This document shows positions 50,900 to 61,843 of a DNA stretch of 64,000 nucleotides, piece by piece. The stretch's first letter is position 1. Each line of letters begins with the position of its first letter. Where the stretch lies: assembly GCF_001194135.2 (NCBI RefSeq), contig NC_068993.1, positions 10,518,318 through 10,582,317 of the forward strand. The letters are read 5' to 3'. Made by a program: the position numbers and the translations under genes. Origin of the DNA: Octopus bimaculoides. Lineage: Eukaryota. Under the pieces are notes generated by a model. That model worked only from the letters and a program-made list of their open reading frames with translations. It had not been told where the DNA came from and ran no database searches.

Positions 50900-51290
50900 A
50901 AGAGCTGTGAATTTGAAGACAGAACTTTAAATCATAAAATGTAACATTAAACAGAAGAGAGCAAGAATTGGTTAAAAAATGGACAAGTTTATAAAAGACA
51001 AATAGAATCTTTGATCATGGATGAGAAAGCAGCTGGAGATAAATATTGTATTGCCACTGCAAAAGTAAAAATTGCCAAAAGTTAACAAAATAGCCAAATT
51101 CAAATATCTAGCAGAGTAAACAGATGAAAGCGTTATACATTTAGAACTAATAAACTCACTCACTATATTGAGGAAACTTTTGTACAAATGATATGCTTCT
51201 GGTTGATCTGAATATGGAAAATGTAGGGACACCCACAAAAATTGGCAACATATAGATCTATGAATGTGGAGTATTAGCAAAAAGTGAAAT
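50900..51290 (+). pseudogene. Possible highly decayed LINE RT C-terminal fragment
   Basis: VNKIAKFKYLAE resembles the FKYLG motif of non-LTR RTs; the rest is heavily disrupted. Confidence 0.3.
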
Positions 51291-51404
51291 GTTGTACTTC
51301 ACTGAGTCACTCCACATCCCAGTGCTGCTGCACGTGTTGTGTAGTTACTAATGTTTCATAAATTTCACAGTCCAAAGCATAGAAATAAATAAACTTTTTA
51401 TCTT

Positions 51405-51755
51405 TTACTTGCTTCAGTCATTAGACTGTGGCCATGCTGGGGAACTGCCTTGAAGAATTTTTAGTCACATCTATTAACCCCCATACTTACTGTCAGTCTC
51501 TTTTGCCAAACCACTAAGTTACAGGATGTAAACACATCAACACCAGTTGCCAAGCAGTGGTGGGGGACATACACAAACACAAAGACACACATATATATAC
51601 ATATGACAGGCTTCTTTCAGTTTCCGTCGACCAAACTTACTCACAAGGCTTTGGTTGGCCTGAGATTATAGTAGAAGACACTTGCCCAAGGTTCCACACA
51701 GCAGGACTGAACCCTGAGCCATGTGGTTGAGGAGCAAGTTTCTTACTACACTTCC
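51405..51755 (-). mobile_element. SINE family B, full copy
   Basis: Tail, internal CA/TA tract and head are present. Confidence 0.85.
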
Positions 51756-51887
51756 ATATCCACAATTATAAATAGATAAATAACATGATGGATGATGTCA
51801 CAGAAGCAATGTAACCCAGAACAAACAGACATCATCACAGAATACTTTTGGCTAAAGGTAAACATGGCTACATGATTTTGATCACAG

Positions 51888-52177
51888 GGTAAAGGAGTAA
51901 CGATCCCCTTCAGTCATGAATGACCATGGGATTGCATCTAGAAACCTCCAATTTGAGTCTGGGTAAATTTGTTTATGAAAGACCAGCAGTCACCCATGCA
52001 TATCAGCCTCCCCTCTCCACGCCACCGTTGTTATCCAAGGGAAAGGCAAAGGGGCCGATACAGCTTGGCACCAGTGACGTCGCAACTCATTTTTACAGCT
52101 GAGTGAACTGGAGCAACGGGAAATAAAATCTCTTGCTCAAGAACCCAACACACAGCCCAGTCCAGGTATTGAACTCA
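51888..52177 (-). mobile_element. SINE family H-type, long copy lacking the A box
   Basis: Minus strand reads gagttcaatacc, ttcttgagcaagag..ttgctccagttcactcagctgtaaaaatgagt, and ends gaaggggatcgttactcctttacc. Confidence 0.7.
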
Positions 52178-53667
52178 TTATGATTTTGATCGTAGCACAA
52201 CTCAATCATGGCTGTTAACCTGGGGCTAAAAAACAACAACAAAACATCTGATTTCAAATAAAGTAAGGGTCTTGTATATGCTGTATAGTGAGTTGGAAAT
52301 CTTCAATGAAAAGAGACTATTTTCATGCAATTTAGAAGATTCCTTTTGATTCTCTTAGAAACGGTTNNNNNNNNNNNNNNNNNNNNNNNNNNNNNNNNNN
52401 NNNNNNNNNNNNNNNNNNNNNNNNNNNNNNNNNNNNNNNNNNNNNNNNNNNNNNNNNNNNNNNNNNNNNNNNNNNNNNNNNNNNNNNNNNNNNNNNNNNN
52501 NNNNNNNNNNNNNNNNNNNNNNNNNNNNNNNNNNNNNNNNNNNNNNNNNNNNNNNNNNNNNNNNNNNNNNNNNNNNNNNNNNNNNNNNNNNNNNNNNNNN
52601 NNNNNNNNNNNNNNNNNNNNNNNNNNNNNNNNNNNNNNNNNNNNNNNNNNNNNNNNNNNNNNNTTTTTTTTCTTTTTGATAAAGGAATTTTATAAACATT
52701 TGAATCAAAATAAAATGAAAGTGAAAAAAAAAAAAAGTTGAAATTCAGATTGTTTTGATTTATATCTTTTCTTTTTTAAATTTAAATTTCAGTGTATTAT
52801 TTTGTTGGTTTGTTTAATTCTGTTTTTCAACTCTGTGTCTTTCAGTAACCAAGAGTTACAACTACTACTGTTGACAGTGTTTGGGACCTCTTAACAAAAC
52901 CTCTGTAACTCTGACCCACTTACTGGAACCCTAGTTAATTTTGGTCAAAAATTAGTACCCCTTGGGGGACAGGAGATAGGGGAAATGGGGGAAGGGAAGG
53001 TAGGCAAAGGCTGTAAAGGTTGGGTAGGTTGAAGGGTGACTGTAGGAAGCGATGAATACAGGGGTGGGGATAGCCAATGGTGCATGCGCTAGGAAAGGTA
53101 AAGAGATAGATTTATACACACACACGCACACACATACATACATGTGGCAGGTGGATAGCAGAATAAATACAGTATCAGAAAAAATACTTTTGCAAAATTT
53201 AGTTATGTTCCTTTGGATTAAGAGTTAATATGTAGTCCAGTTCCGTTTAACCATTCTGAGATTGGTAAAATCCATAGCAGTCAATAAAATGAATACTGAA
53301 CTCTGTGTAATTGACTATATACTGCAGCAAATTACAAAGTTTAAATCATGACATAGCATAACTATAACTCTGTTCATGTGAGAAGCCAAGTTATTGGCCA
53401 ATCAGCAGCCATACTTCATGTGATAGATCAATCTAGATCCTTCTGGAACGTTTCTCTACAAAGGTTATACAAAGACTTGTTTTAGTGCCAACTTTCATAG
53501 TGTGCAGCAATCTGCAGACCTACAACTCACTCTCCTGCCATTTATAATAGTTATTATCATGACTATCTGCTCAACCTGGATATGTCGATATAGTTGGCCG
53601 ATATGAGTTTACCATGTATATTTTCTCCCGTCTTGACAAATCTCAGTATAGAGCTTTTGTAATCAAC

Positions 53668-53876
53668 TAAGTGGGGGTGCTGAAAAGTTCATGGCTCTGG
53701 GTAAAAGAAAATACAGGAATATCAGTTAATTATGATTTTATTGAACATATTCCCCTCTCAGATTTGTGGTGGTTCTTCAGCTTTTCTAAGCCCTGTAAAA
53801 GAACTCAGAAGGTTAGTCCTCCAACCAAGCCTTTCACAATACCCTTAAAGCCAGGAACTTTTTGGCACCCCTCGTA
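53668..53876. mobile_element. Mariner MITE family E flanked by a 53-bp direct repeat
   Basis: TIRs gggggtgctgaaaagttc / gaactttttggcacccctcgta. Direct repeats at 53617-53669 and 53875-53927 (4 mismatches). Confidence 0.9.
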
Positions 53877-54764
53877 TATTTTCTCCTGCCTTGACAAACC
53901 TCAGTACAGAGCTTTTGTAATCAACTATTTACGAACACCACTGAATTATTCCTTCAATTGTGTTCACCTGTTGTGGAACTTTATAGTCCAGGTCCAACCT
54001 CAATATTATGTGTGTGGCAGAATACAAGTTACTCTTTTACTCTTTTACTTGTTTCAGTCATTTGACTGTGGCCATGCTGGAGCACCGCCTTTTAGTCGAA
54101 CAAATGTTTGCTTGATGTTGTTATATCACTCATACACAACCTCACACGCATACCCTCCTAAGTAACAGCACAACTGAAGGAAGTGCCTCATTATGGCACA
54201 ATTCAAAAACTGAAACTAATGAAAGAAATAAAAAACTGGAATGGAACTCTTCACTTTCTTATCTGTGGTTGCTCTATCTGAATGACACTAAAATGTTGCC
54301 AAACTTTAAAAATAAAATAATTTATAGAAATCCATAATAAACAGTCACATACTTCATATAAAAGTAAACGAAATAACAAACAAAGTTAAATTTAATTGCT
54401 GCCAAATGGTTGTAGTTATTTGGGTTTAGGTGTGGGCTACAATAAAATAAAATGCAATGCTAAAGATAATAATAATAATAATAATAATGATAATAATAAT
54501 AATGATGAAGATAATAATTATGAATGTTAAATTATGATGATGATTATATACACCCAAAAATGCTTTCTTTTTTGTTTTTTTCTGTTTACATACGATTTTC
54601 TATATTGGCAGAAATCTACCATTTTTGACAGAGAATGGTGTAGTTGATTGAATGAAATCAAACAAATGACAAGAAATCCATATCTCTTTTTCATCAGGGA
54701 AGAATTAACAGATAAAAGAGACACCCCCATCACTACCATTCTAGGGAGTGGGGGAATCTTCCAT

Positions 54765-55052
54765 AGTCCTGGCCAGACCAAAGCCCTGTGAGTGAATTTC
54801 ATAGATGGGAACTGAAAGAAGCCTATCATAAAAGTGCTTGTGCAGTGTCACGTAAAAGTGCCTGTGTGGTATCATGGAAAAACACCCAGTGTCACGTAAA
54901 ATCACTCAGCACACTCTGTAAAGTGGTTGGCATTAGGAAGGGCATCCAACCATAGAAACCATGCAAAAACAGACTGGAGTCTGGTGCAGCTCCTCATCTC
55001 TTGTAAATGATCCAACCCATTCCAGCACAGACAATAGTTGTTAGATGATGAT
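54765..55052 (+). mobile_element. Partial B head joined to an RTE 3' end (second B-C chimera)
   Basis: ccagaccaaagccctgtgagtgaatttcatagatgggaactgaaagaagcc, then cacgtaaaa UTR repeats and the C tail. Confidence 0.7.
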
Positions 55053-55291
55053 GATTTTTTATATATATATAAGTACTGTTGTTTCTGTGAAAAATCATGA
55101 CCAACCATTAAGCAGTGCAGTTCGTGTCTGAAGAATAAGGGTAAATATTACTTTGTCTGGAAACAGATAATTGTTGGCAACATGAAGAGTATCTGGCCAT
55201 AGAAAATCTTCTTCAATAAATTTCATGTGACCAATGGAAGCATGGAAAAATTGAGGTTAAGATAATGATGATATACATGTCTATATATATT

Positions 55292-55504
55292 TATAGTGTG
55301 TCTGTAAAGTTTTCTTCACTCATCTGACTGGAGTATCGATTAGATATGTGCAGGGCAACAAATGGAAGCTACACAGAACTGTACTAATCTGTACGTAAAC
55401 TTTATTAGTTGGTCTCTTACTCAACATGGATGTGAAATGTGTAATGTTGCAAGTTAAATCAATAAAGTTCTGAAATTCCACCGTGACTTTACGAACACAT
55501 TGTA
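55292..55504. mobile_element. Tc1-like MITE
   Basis: Ends tatagtgtgtctgtaaagt / actttacgaacacattgta match at 15 of 19 positions as an inverted pair, with TA termini. Confidence 0.6.
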
Positions 55505-55524
55505 TGTACATGTATATGTGTGTT

Positions 55525-55670
55525 TGTGAGCACGGCTGTGTGGTTTGGGAGCTTGTTTCTTAATTATGGCTGAGAGTCTAGTCCCAATGTGCAACACCAA
55601 AGGTGTCACACATGCTGATTAATGCCTTGCAAGTGAATTTGATAGATGGAAAGCATAAAAAGCCCATCGT
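55525..55670 (+). mobile_element. SINE family B head, diverged
   Basis: gcacggctgtgtggtttgggagcttg...aaagcccatcgtatg. Confidence 0.65.
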
Positions 55671-55681
55671 ATGTATGTATG

Positions 55682-55715
<34 letters not shown>

Positions 55716-55747
55716 TATATACATAAACACACATATACATATATATA

Positions 55748-55787
<40 letters not shown>

Positions 55788-55799
55788 GAGAATATACAA

Positions 55800-56240
55800 A
55801 TAATAACAACAGGCGAGGACAGGTGGTGTAAATAACAAAAGTATATATTANNNNNNNNNNNNNNNNNNNNNNNNNNNNNNNNNNNNNNNNNNNNNNNNNN
55901 NNNNNNNNNNNNNNNNNNNNNNNNNNNNNNNNNNNNNNNNNNNNNNNNNNNNNNNNNNNNNNNNNNNNNNNNNNNNNNNNNNNNNNNNTCTTTGACGTTT
56001 CGAGCTACGCTCTTCAACAGAAAGAATACGGAGACAAGGAGAAAAACACGGAGAAAAAAAATTGAATAGTGTTCAGTCAACGGTCAATCATAATAATGGC
56101 CGATCATAACAATGACTGACCGGAAGTTAGAAATTCTTATTTCAGGAGAGCTAAGAAAGGGGGAGATAACAAACGGTGATCGGGAATGAGGGGCTGTGTG
56201 TGGGAGGTAGAATGCTGGTGATCTTGACGTATGTAGTGTG
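55800..56240 (-). mobile_element. Penelope-like terminal region spanning a gap, with variant hammerhead motif (55989-56025)
   Basis: Minus strand reads tcttt-CTGTTGA-a-GAGC-gta-GCTC-GAAA-C-GTC-aaaga; same family as 14100-14240. Confidence 0.65.
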
Positions 56241-56404
56241 AAAATGGGGAAGGGAGTATATATATATATATATATATATGTGATGGGGTGGCGTATATCG
56301 CTTTGGCTTGGCATCATGTGCTGGTTGTATCTGAGTGTTGCCAACATACAAATAATATAGTTCATTTCCAATATTCCATGAAAAAAAAAAAAAAAAACTA
56401 TCGA

Positions 56405-56555
56405 GCCATGGGGAAATATTACCATGCTTGGAAACAGGCAAGTGTTGACAACAGGTAAAACATCCAGCCCAAGAAAATCTGTTTCAACAAATTCCATCTG
56501 ACCCATGTAAGCATGGAAAAATGGACATTAAACTAGTTGTGACAATGATGATGAC
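56405..56555 (+). mobile_element. RTE-type 3' end, subfamily I
   Basis: ggggaaatattaccatgcttggaaacagg...catccagcccaagaaaatctg...gcatggaaaaatggacattaaa. Confidence 0.75.
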
Positions 56556-58199
56556 AAATATGAGTATACAGGTCTATTGTGAATGGAATATTTTCATAGG
56601 CATCACTTGTTCTCTCGCTCTCTCATGTATGTGTATATGTGTGTGTGCGTGCACACGTGGTTGTGTAAATACATAACTTGAAAGCTTATTAACCAGAACT
56701 TCGATACATTAATGTCTTGCAGTATCAATATACTAATTCATTAAACTGGTTAACAGACTCTCACACTACTTATTTAACTAATACTATTTGTTATATTATA
56801 TTAATATGTTAATATCTCTAATAGCTTCTGAGGAAGCAGTAGTTTAGCCTACTGCTACTAAATGGTAAGAAGAGATTGGCTGGCTGTTTTGCTTCATAAT
56901 AGCCATCGTCCAAGTAAGGAGAGGGTCTGTCTACTCTGTTGGATAATTAATAGCAGGAGAATGAGTATCAGAAGAATCAACTGTGCTATTCAAAGCTTCA
57001 AGTTGTTATCAGTGTCAGGTTGTTGAAAGAATACTGAAGAGTATGCAACATCAGCAAATGGCAGTGGTGAGAGTTGGATTATATGAGTTTCATTATCAAT
57101 GGAGACCGTTCCTAAGACATGGTTATAGGAAAATGGTGATGCCAGTATATATATATTAGTGCATATTTTTATATTGGAATAAAAACAATTTTACATTAAA
57201 TTGAAGAATTACTCAGTACATTTGGTAGAGTATAAATTTATCATTCTTCAACAAGAATAGTAAAGATAGTGATTTTGGAGTTTTAGTCAGCTAAGCCATT
57301 ATCAGACTATATATATATGTAAGTCAGTAAATAGTGGGGTTGTGTTAACCGCACGTGGAGAAATAATAGGAAAATGAAGAATAAGGCAGAATGCTAAATT
57401 GGAAGCATATTTTAATAAAGATTTCTAACCGGCTTTCATTGTGAAGCAAATTTTCAAGAAGGAGAATGAAAATGTTTTTTTACAAAGAAGTACAAAATGA
57501 AGAAAATAATATAAAAATAAAAATAATATATAAAAAAATAACTATACCAATACATTATATTGTCTTTGAGCTTTTGAAGTTCAATGGTAGTTGATGTATA
57601 TAATGGTTGGAAAAATAAGGATGCATGAGAATTNNNNNNNNNNNNNNNNNNNNNNNNNNNNNNNNNNNNNNNNNNNNNNNNNNNNNNNNNNNNNNNNNNN
57701 NNNNNNNNNNNNNNNNNNNNNNNNNNNNNNNNNNNNNNNNNNNNNNNNNNNNNNNNNNNNNNNNNNNNNNNNNNNNNNNNNNNNNNNNNNNNNNNNNNNN
57801 NNNNNNNNNNNNNNNNNNNNNNNNNNNNNNNNNNNNNNNNNNNNNNNNNNNNNNNNNNNNNNNNNNNNNNNNNNNNNNNNNNNNNNNNNNNNNNNNNNNN
57901 NNNNNNNNNNNNNNNNNNNNNNNNNNNNNNNNNNNNNNNNNNNNNNNNNNNNNNNNNNNNNNNNNNNNNNNNNNNNNNNNNNNNNNNNNNNNNNNNNNNN
58001 NNNNNNNNNNNNNNNNNNNNNNNNNNNNNNNNNNNNNNNNNNNNNNNNNNNNNNNNNNNNNNNNNNNNNNNNNNNNNNNNNNNNNNNNNNNNNNNNNNNN
58101 NNNNNNNNNNNNNNNNNNNNNNNNNNNNNNNNNNNNNNNNNNNNNNNNNNNNNNNNNNNNNNNNNNNNNNNNNNNNNNNNNNNNNNNNNNNNNNNNNNN

Positions 58200-58247
<48 letters not shown>

Positions 58248-59094
58248 ACACACGTGTATATATTTTCCACAATTTACAATGAAGAATTAAATCCCAAATA
58301 AACTAAAATACACACACACACAAACCCACACAAATATACACACCCCAACACCCTCATACACAAGCACATAGAAAGTGGTTCAACCAAAACGTACTTCTTT
58401 CAAATTTAGTTCTCAATATAAGATGTGAGTGTAGAGTTTTATATTCTTTTATTATTCAGAACTTAGCACAATGTATGTTTCAATAAATGTCTTACCAACA
58501 TAAGACTTGTTTGAAATGAACATTGAGCCGATCTACTGCTGTTAAATGGTAAGGTTAAAAATGTATTAAAAGTTTTTTTTTACATTCATATATTTTTTGT
58601 GTGATTAAAACAAATTCAACTTTTTATCATAAGAGGAAATATTTTTTGTTCTATGTTTTCATATGTGTGAAAAGAAAAATACAACAATATGTTTTCACAG
58701 AATAAATGCTTTTGTATTACAGTTTAATTGAAAATATATTGTTGTATATATTCATAGAATTATCAGAAAATAAAAAAAAAGAGAAACATATATAAAAATA
58801 TAAAATACTAATTACCTTTTGTTTTTCTGTTTGTGTTTTGTTTTTGAGCTTTTTGTTTGATTTTTTTTTTATAACAAAAACAAAAAAGTATTTATTACCT
58901 GCAAAAAAAAAAAAGAAAAACAATTTCATTAGAGAAAATATATAAATTTAAGAATGATTTTTATCAACAATTATTCTGTAGAAAAAAATTACTAACAGTC
59001 ACTTCTACTTTCCTGCAGCAACCAATTTTCATTCTTTTATGTTTACTTGGGGTTCTCTTGCATCTCTATTTCAACAAGTATGAAAAAATCTGTG

Positions 59095-59132
59095 TCACTG
59101 ATGAGGTCATCACAAGACTGAAACATGTCTGG
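59095..59132 (+). ncRNA. Minimal hammerhead-like motif (canonical core)
   Basis: tca-CTGATGA-GGTC-atcacaa-GACT-GAAA-CAT-GTC-tgg. Stem II 4 bp, palindromic stem III ACATGT, stem I only 3 bp. Confidence 0.5.
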
Positions 59133-59581
59133 AGTCATCTCCCATATTTACAGAAATAATAATAAAAAAAAAAACAAGCATTAGTCAATTACTAGTTCTG
59201 TCTTGTTTTTTTTGCCTCATCAATTATTATTTATGTATTTAAAAATTTTTTAATGCTCAGGACATTATGTTAACATTAACTCAACTATTGTCATTCTATA
59301 CCAAAGATAGTTTGGATAGATGTATCATTAGAGTATTGGATTACAAGAAAATGGTCAGTAGTTCACATCCTGTTACTGATAATACATTAGGTCAATTAAA
59401 TATATAAATATTAAGGAAGCTATTGTTACGAAGATGACAATTTCCTATTGAACTCATTTCAGAGAGCGTGTTACTATTACCTTGCTCTGATATCATGTGA
59501 CAGTCACAAACGAGTGTCTGCCACTATCATGCATCTAGTGTCCTTTCGTTTTCAACGTTTTTTGAAAAACATGTCTAGTCA

Positions 59582-59645
59582 TGGGGAAATGTTACCTTAT
59601 GTGGAAACAGGTGAGGGCTGCTGACAGGAAGGACATCTGGCTATA

Positions 59646-59697
<52 letters not shown>

Positions 59698-59698
59698 G

Positions 59699-59747
<49 letters not shown>

Positions 59748-60395
59748 CACAGGAATGGATGTGTGGTAAGTAGCTTGCTTACCAGCCACATGGTTCTGGG
59801 TTCAGTACCACTGCGTGGCACCTTGGACAAGTGTCTTCTACTATAGGCTCGGACCGACCAAAGCCTTGTGAGTGGATTCGGTAGATGGAAACTGAAAGAA
59901 GTCTGTCTTATATATATATATCGTCATCGTCGTTTAACGTCCGCTTTCCATGCTAGCCTGGGTTGGACGATTTGACTGAGGACTGGTGAACCAGGTGGCT
60001 ACACCAGGCTCATATATATATAATTTATTTATGTGTTTGTCCCCACCACCATCGCTTGATAACCAATGTCGGTGTGTTTACATCCCTGTAACTTGGCAGT
60101 TCGGCAAAAGAGACTGATAGAATAAGTACTAGGCTTACAAAGAATAAGTCCTGGGGTTGATCTGTTTGACTAAAGGCAGTGCTCCAGTATGGCCGCAGTC
60201 AAATGACAAACAAATAAAAGAATACCCAGGCCCATTTCCCACAACAAGAAACACACCAGGCATTCCATTCATTTCCCAGCTCAAAGGAGTGAGCCCCGTT
60301 CTATGCTCAGGTCAAGGCATAGAAAACCTACCTGAACAAATTCCACCTAACTCATGCAAGCATGGAAAAGTAGACGTTAAAATGATGATGGTGAT
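59582..60395 (+). mobile_element. Nested cluster: subfamily I end split by (TA)n plus a B SINE (59748-60222) that itself contains a minus-strand C copy (59921-60011)
   Basis: The I halves at 59582-59648 and 60319-60395 share atagaa at the break; the B head and tail flank the C copy. Confidence 0.8.
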
Positions 60396-60579
60396 AAAAA
60401 CAAGACAATTGATAATTACAAACACACTTAACAGTTTCGTTTTGAAAGAACTAAAATTGCTACCAAACTATTGCCCCCCCTCCCCCCGCCCTCTCTGTAC
60501 GAAGCAACCTGCATTGAATGACAACAACACCAATAATGACTATATTAAAGATATATTAGAAATAGTAGTGGCGGTGGTA

Positions 60580-60919
60580 TTGGTGGCAGTAATAGTGGCA
60601 GTAGTAGTAGTGACGGTGGCAGTAACAGTAGTGGTGGTAGTGGCTGTAGTAGTAGTGGTGGTGAAGGTGGAAGTAACAGTGGTGGTAGTAGTAGTAGTAG
60701 TAGTAGGTGGCAGAAACAGTGGTAGTAGTAGTAGAGGTTGTGGTGGTAGTGGTGGTGAAAGTGGAAGTAGCAATAGTGGTAGTGAAAGTGGAAGTAGCAG
60801 TAGTGGTAGTGAAAGTGGAAGTAGCAGTAGTGGTAGTGAAGGTGGAAGTAGCAGTAGTGGTAGTGGTGGTGGTAGTAGTGGTGGTGGTGGTAGTAGTGGT
60901 GGTAGTAGTGGTGGTGGTG

Positions 60920-60967
<48 letters not shown>

Positions 60968-60975
60968 ACAACAAC
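60580..60975. repeat. (GTA/GTG)n array with an embedded 27-bp higher-order unit gaaagtggaagtagcagtagtggtagt (about 4 copies)
   Basis: Read directly from the sequence; explains the V-, S/G- and T-rich ORFs in the track. Confidence 0.9.
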
Positions 60976-61332
60976 AGCATGTGCTGGAATGTTTTGGTCT
61001 TCATTATTTAAAAAGAATCCTAAGAAACAAGTCACACAAATCTAATGCTTCCTGTTGTCTTGTCATGTGATCTTAGGTCAGTCCTGATCAAGGATTCCTA
61101 TGTCAAGCTGAGAGTTGTTTCAATGACTTGGTATGTGTGAGACAGAGATCTATTGTTTCTGTTACACCATAAACACTGTGACAAGCTGAGAAGAGTCACA
61201 TGGGGTATAATGTGAGTGTTTGGATGTGTAGTAGTCTCTTCCCTGTTTAGTTTGTTTTTGGTCCTCTGTCATGGTGTTGTTTTGATCCTACTCAGCCCTG
61301 GCCTAGTAGACCTCCTCCACATCATCATTGTT

Positions 61333-61485
61333 TTAACACTTTTGATACCAACTTGGTTGAAACTGCCTCTGTAGTACAAATGTCTTGTTTTCATAAGTTT
61401 TGAATTAAAATCTTCCACCAAACCTTAGTCACAATTTATGTTCTTAACATCAGCTTAATGATAACATTTCACTAAATTTTATTAT
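61333..61485. mobile_element. Partial TTAA-type MITE (second family)
   Basis: ttaacacttttgatacc...; related to rc of about 46130-46250 and more weakly to 49420-49650. Truncated by the B insertion. Confidence 0.45.
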
Positions 61486-61486
61486 A

Positions 61487-61649
61487 GGCACAGGAGTGGA
61501 TGTGTGGTAAGTAGCTTGCTTACCAACCACATGGTTCTGGGTTCAGTCCCACTGTGTGGCACCTTGGGGAAGTGTCTTCTACTATAGCCTCGGGCTGACC
61601 AAAGCCTTGTGAGTGGATTTGCTAGACGGAAACTGAAAGAAGCCCATCG

Positions 61650-61650
<1 letters not shown>
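61487..61650 (+). mobile_element. SINE family B head
   Basis: ggcacaggagtggatgtgtggtaag...gaagcccatcgt followed by (TA)n. Confidence 0.9.
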
Positions 61651-61677
<27 letters not shown>

Positions 61678-61680
<3 letters not shown>

Positions 61681-61843
61681 TCATCATCATCATCGTTTAA
61701 CGTCCGCTTTCCATGCTAGCATGGGTTGGACGATTTGACTGAGGACTGGTGAAACCGGATGGCAACACCAGGCTCCAGTCTGATTTGGCAGAGTTTCTAC
61801 AGCTGGATGCCCTTCCTAACGCCAACCACTCAGAGAGTGTAGT
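61678..61843 (-). mobile_element. RTE 3' end (family C) inside the (TA)n of the B SINE
   Basis: (TA)n at 61650-61677 and 61844-61866 flank the copy. Confidence 0.92.

Noticed and set aside
60157-61045. 284-aa V/S/G-rich ORF and overlapping T-, P- and L-rich ORFs (mucin- or TM-like appearance)
   Set aside because: They are trinucleotide microsatellite translations open in several frames on both strands, and the N-terminal part is SINE/RTE sequence.
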